13,929 nucleotides of DNA from Octopus sinensis (lineage: Eukaryota): the NCBI RefSeq assembly GCF_006345805.1, contig NW_021826105.1:1-13929 (forward strand), in the 5' to 3' direction. The number at the start of each line of letters is the position of its first letter. The first letter of the stretch is position 1. Positions 8,613 through 13,929 of this stretch are shown piece after piece. Position numbers and translations under genes: made by a program. Under the pieces are notes generated by a model. The model was not told the origin of the DNA and did no database searches. It was given only the letters and a program-made list of their open reading frames with translations.

Positions 8613-8701
8613 GCAGTATTCGTACCGACTCTTTCCATTCTGAGTTCAAATCCGGCCGTCGTCAACCTTAGCTTTCATACTTTCGGGGTCGGCAAATTAA
8701 A
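8613..8701 (+). mobile_element. SINE family A fragment
   Basis: TTCTGAGTTCAAATCCGGCCGTCGTCAAC...CTTTCATACTTTCGGGGTCG. Confidence 0.75.
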
Positions 8702-9365
8702 CGACTTGGCAGTGATTAAGTCGATGGCATCACATATTCTCAGTTCCTCATATCTGTTCGCTTTGGGCTTAAATCAAAACCAGTTATTATTGTTGCTGTT
8801 GTTGTTGTCGTTAGAGGTTGGATATCGTTTGATAAAGGTAAATGCACTCTTGGTTCCCCGAGTCGTGGGTTCGTTTCTCGCTGCAGGCGTTGTTGTATAA
8901 CATCGTGATGTGTCATTATAGTAATAAGGGCCCTTAAGACTTTTTGTTTGTTTTTATTTTTTCTTTTGTCGCCTAAGGCTCCAAATCTAATTATCATCAT
9001 CATCATCATCGTCGTCATGGGTTTCACGGGAGGATAATAAATTAAATTGTTAATTAACAAATAAAGCGAAGAAAGAAAGAAAGAAAGAAAAAAAAAAAGA
9101 ATAAAATATAAAAAAGGAAAAAAAAAATACAGAAAAGATGGGAAAAATAATTATTTCGCGTCTTTCTTTTGTAATTATTGTTGTGAAAAGTTGTGAACCT
9201 GAAAAACTCGGTACGTAGGTTCAATTACTTGCTGGGTAATGGGAACTGTTCCTTTCTTGTTTTATTTTCTGTTATAACCTAAGGCACGACCGTTTCTTTA
9301 ATTTTCACTTAGATCGTGAAAATACTCACACACCAAATTTTTGACTTCCGCTTTCTAAATTGCAC

Positions 9366-9376
9366 GCGCGTATATG

Positions 9377-9409
<33 letters not shown>

Positions 9410-9570
9410 ATATATATGTATGTAAGTATAGGAATGCATGTCTGTGCATATATTATACACGCACACTTAAAAATATATACATGAGTAATATATACTACAC
9501 ACATGCATATATTAGTGTTATATGTGCATTCATGCATATGTGTAACGTGTATGTATATATATATATTATA

Positions 9571-9606
<36 letters not shown>

Positions 9607-9690
9607 ACATATGTATATATAAACATGTGTATATATATATGAATATTTAGTGTGTATACACGCACAGAGACACACACACACTGTGTGTGT
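9366..9690. repeat. Compound (AT)n/(GT)n/(CA)n microsatellite
   Basis: Alternating purine-pyrimidine low-complexity tract. Confidence 0.9.
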
Positions 9691-9821
9691 ATGAATGTAA
9701 ACAGGTTTCGTTTCGTGTCTACTGAAGAATCAAAGGCGCGATGACCGAATAGATAAAAAGTAATGGATTATTAGCGTGCAGGGGTTCAAATTTCACCGCA
9801 GGCGGTGCCTCCCCCCACCTT

Positions 9822-9989
9822 TACCACCACTACTAATTACACCCTTCACCAACACTACTACATCTCCATCACCACCACGCCACCCTACGCCTCGCCACCA
9901 CCACCACCAACAACAACAACATCAATACCTTTGTAAAACATCTAAATGCTATTTTGCTAAAGGGCTTCTTTTTTTTTTACTTCATGTTC

Positions 9990-10035
<46 letters not shown>
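9822..10035. repeat. Degenerate (CAC/CAA)n tract followed by (ATT)n
   Basis: ACCACCAC/CAACAAC repeats at ~9822-9922; pure ATT run at ~9992-10035. Confidence 0.9.
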
Positions 10036-10036
<1 letters not shown>

Positions 10037-10660
10037 CTCGTATAATTAAATCGTCATCTCATGGTTGCTATCGTTTGAAAAGCCTTTTTACATGTCATCT
10101 TGACGAGGCTCATGCACTGTTGGAAAGGGCATGAACATCACATCGTCTTGTTCGTCTTTACTCCCCCCCCCCTTTTTGAGCTGTGGGTGTGTTGGAACGG
10201 TGGGGCTCGGGTCGGGGCTCGGGTTGTGTCTAAAGTAAAGGAATAAATCATTCTTCTTGTTTGATGAAAAAAAAATGATTCAGACTCAAACAGAGTTCGA
10301 TACTCGTAGAGACAAGCGCATACACGCATTATCGATCTGTTAATAACGTTTTGTAGCCGTTTGTGCGTGTGTGTGCGCGCGCACATGCGTATGTGCGCGC
10401 GCACATGCGTGTGTGTCTATCGCTAGTGCATGTGCGCTACATGTATGCATGTGTGTACGTGTGTGTGTGTGTTTGTAATATTTTACTCCAAGAATGACAA
10501 TGACAACATCGAACAAAACAGCTTATTCAATCCTCAAAGACTTAATTTCTGTGTAAAGAATGCTTTGAAGGAATTAACGGACTGCATTTTCCATAGCTAT
10601 GGCACAAGTGTATCCCAAAGACAAAGTCTTCGGTGGTGTGGTAGTGCTGCTATTCCTCCT

Positions 10661-10888
10661 ATTTCTACTTCTAATACACAAAATAAGAAATTCGGGGTAG
10701 GGGTGGGTTTCAGCTCAGAGTTTGATTATACGCGAACCAGGTACTTCAATGGTACTTTACATTGTCGACCCCGAAAAGATGAAAAGTAATGTTGACTTAA
10801 GCGGGATTTGAACTCATAACGTAAAAACCTGGGGGAAATATTTCAAGCCATTTTGTTCGACGCTCTAATGAACCTTCCTCACCTGCCT
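10661..10888 (-). mobile_element. SINE family A, old full-length copy
   Basis: GTCGACCCCGAAAAGATGAAAAG...GCGGGATTTGAACTCATAACGTAAA...CGACGCTCTAATGA...CCTGCCT; collinear with 4032-4249. Confidence 0.8.
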
Positions 10889-11092
10889 TTTTGTTTTCCT
10901 TATAAGATTAACGATGTGTATGATGAAAAGGGCTACGTTTGTTATGGCAGGATTTGCACTCGGAATGTACAGTGACGTAATCGCGGGGCAAAAAGCACTT
11001 CTTTGTGTCCGGTGGTCTGTCGTTTCTATAGTAATAGTTATTGTTCAGCCCAGGTTAGCCCGTTCTATATATCCAAATTTAGGGGACGGAAT

Positions 11093-11200
11093 AGGTAAAA
11101 ATTCAGACTACATATGTTTCATAACTAGCAGAAACCTCAGAAGTAGTAAATACTCAAACGTGGGGTAATCCGTTAGCTACTCATCAGGTCGAAGATACCT
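11093..11200 (-). ncRNA. Type I hammerhead ribozyme motif with minimal palindromic stem III (Penelope/retrozyme type)
   Basis: Minus strand: AGGUA-uc-UUC-GAC [stem I 5'] CUGAUGA [11181-11187] GUAGCUA..46 nt..UAGUUAU [stem II, 7 bp, two G-U] GAAA [11117-11120] CAUAUG UA [stem III and GUA cleavage triplet] GUC-u-GAA-uuuu-UACCU [stem I 3']. Confidence 0.8.
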
Positions 11201-11502
11201 TAGTAAAAAATAAACAAAAACAAAAAAAAATAGCTTCATACACCGTGATCCTTGGATCTTACCTTTATAATATTACTATGTATAACATGCAACCGCACGC
11301 ATTTTCTATACACGCATGCAAATATACGCGTGTGCACGCGCATTTATATGCTCGTATACACGACCAAAACACGTTTTAAATATATGCATATACGCACATC
11401 TATACATGTGCAGGAACGGACGTGTGTATGGCTGTGCGAGAGCGAAGCCTTCCACTTACAATATAGTCGAATTAGTATAAATTCCATTACACACACGAGC
11501 TG

Positions 11503-11539
<37 letters not shown>

Positions 11540-11884
11540 GTTTTATGTATCTCTCTATGTTTACCTATCTGTAATGTCTATGCATTTGTGTCTATAAGTT
11601 CATATATAGGCACGCACGCAATCAGCGGTATATCTCAGACAATAACGACAGGGTGTAATAACGCAGGCGTTGTACAGCCAGCGATGCATATAACATCTAC
11701 ATTAATCAAATTTTATGCACACACAACAAATATATATATATACATATATATTATATATATAATATAATATATATATGTCTGTGTGTGTGATGCTGAGCCA
11801 GCCGCGTTACATTTCTTATATGCGGCTTCTCCAGCATACAACTGAACATTGAGTCCGCGCATATACACAAACCCCGCACAAATG

Positions 11885-12056
11885 CTCATATATATATACA
11901 GCTATATATATATATATATATATATATACATACACACACACATATATATACATATTTATATATGTATGTATATATATATATATATATAGGTATATATGTA
12001 TATATATATATACATGTAAATATATACACATATACATATATATATATATCTATATT

Positions 12057-12092
<36 letters not shown>

Positions 12093-12124
12093 CACACATA
12101 CATATATATGTAGGCATATATGTA

Positions 12125-12155
<31 letters not shown>

Positions 12156-12252
12156 CATATATATATATATACATGTAAATATATTCACATATCATACATA
12201 TATATATATATATATTTACATATCTATATATAATATATATATATTACATATC

Positions 12253-12294
<42 letters not shown>

Positions 12295-12300
12295 ATATAC
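11885..12300. repeat. Long (AT)n-dominated microsatellite
   Basis: About 400 bp of AT/AC dinucleotides. Confidence 0.95.
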
Positions 12301-12829
12301 ACACATACGCACGCACGTACGTACATTATACACCCGCTTATATAGACATATATACAAAACTGTGCGCGTTTTCTTTTACTTTAAGTTGCAGACATAAATT
12401 TTTACTGAAAGTCAATAAATCTGTACCTACACGTTGTAAAATATTGGCTGCATACTGTGTCGAGTGTACGTATGTATATATATTGTATATACATATATTC
12501 GTACATATGGGTGCTTACACGATAATACACACATGCACACAGTTTCTTTTCTGATGGTGCAATTAAAAAGATTGCTTTCTATCCCCCTCGCTCGCTCATT
12601 ATATATATATATATATATATATATCTATATATATATATATAATATATTATATATTGGATGATGTATTCGTTTAAGTTTTTAATGAAATTAATCGATTTTT
12701 GTTCGACGCACACACAGACATAGCTAGTTACAAAGGCCACGCATGTACGTACATACGATAACATGGTTCTGTTGTGTAGAATACTAAACGTATACGCACA
12801 TAAATGAAAGGGTGGCTTTATTTATAGAG

Positions 12830-13929
12830 TATTACGCGCGCATACACACACACACACACGTGCGTGTGTGTACGTGTACATGTACAAAGATGGATATTTC
12901 TATACTATGACTGCGTGCACACTCATATACAGATGAGTATATTTCTACCGTGCTTTATAATATATAGACGCAAGCTGTCGCAGCACAGATGCGTGCGTAT
13001 AAACGCACGCATGCAAAGAGTTCTGCCGTATACCATAAATATGTGTGTGTGTCTATGTGTTTTGTATATACTCACAAAGTTTTGTATATGTACACGGCCA
13101 TATAGCCAGATGTATATATTGTTGTGCTTGCACTTACGCGTGCGTACGCACATACATACACACACATATATATATACATACATATATATATGCACGCACA
13201 TATACACAACACGCATCAGGATTAATTCTGCTATGGATTCTATGTATATATATATGTGTGTGTATGTGTGTGTGTGTGTATGTGGTGTGTGTGTATATAT
13301 ATGTGTGTGTGTGTGTATATATGTATATGTATATATGTGTATATATATATATACCCACACACATACTCGCGCGCATTGTAAATAGACGTCATACAAATTG
13401 TATACATTCGCAGTGTTATACGGTTTGGCATATCATTGATTGCGGTCTTATATAGACTGCTATGGATTGTTGTATAGACTTATTTTTATACGCACCTAAT
13501 ACACACACACATATATAGATATATATATGTGAGTACATATACACGCACACTTTTTATTATAGTTGTGTTATCTTGACTTTTATAAACACTCGAAGAACAC
13601 CGCTGTTGTATATACTGTGACACTCACTCACTCACGCGCGTAGATACTCTATAACAAACAATTCTACGCACAAACACCGACACTATTGTATATTCTTATG
13701 CACATATATACATACATACATACATACACGACAAGCGCGCGTACACGCACACACACACGCATATTTTTCGACGCGTACCGCCATCGTATGATGTTGAAAT
13801 GCGCGCACAGTTGTAAGTCCACACACACGCATGCGTACGACTCCATGTATTCGTTGCATACGTGCACATTCACAGCAATCAAACGCACACACGTATGCAC
13901 ATATTTGGTCATATACACACCAACTTTGA
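12830..13929. repeat. Degenerate (GT/CA/AT/GC)n low-complexity region
   Basis: Interspersed alternating purine-pyrimidine tracts; source of the CV/HT pseudo-ORFs. Confidence 0.8.

Noticed and set aside
9776-10045. Pro/His/Gln/Leu-run ORF
   Set aside because: GTG start; made of (CAC/CAA)n and (ATT)n microsatellites.

Overview
Eukaryotic, AT-rich, repeat-saturated non-coding DNA, probably intronic or intergenic. The repeat families look like those of Octopus/coleoid cephalopods; this is recognition from memory, not a database search. No confident protein-coding gene is present. Nearly all ORFs in the track are translations of (AT)n/(CA)n/(GT)n microsatellites or of SINEs. The window holds about 12 tRNA-derived SINE copies of three families, mostly in two dense clusters (~4.0-5.1 kb, all on the minus strand; ~7.8-8.7 kb). 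It also has a probable R4/Dong-type LINE 3' UTR within (AAT)n, a hAT-like terminal fragment, a compound ~45-63 bp minisatellite and many microsatellites. The best finding is a complete type I hammerhead ribozyme motif on the minus strand at 11093-11200. It has an intact CUGAUGA/GAAA core, a GUA cleavage triplet, an extended stem I, a 7-bp stem II and a minimal palindromic stem III. This is the architecture known from Penelope-like retroelements and metazoan retrozymes. A second item worth checking is a 101-codon minus-strand frame with one internal stop at 5188-5490.
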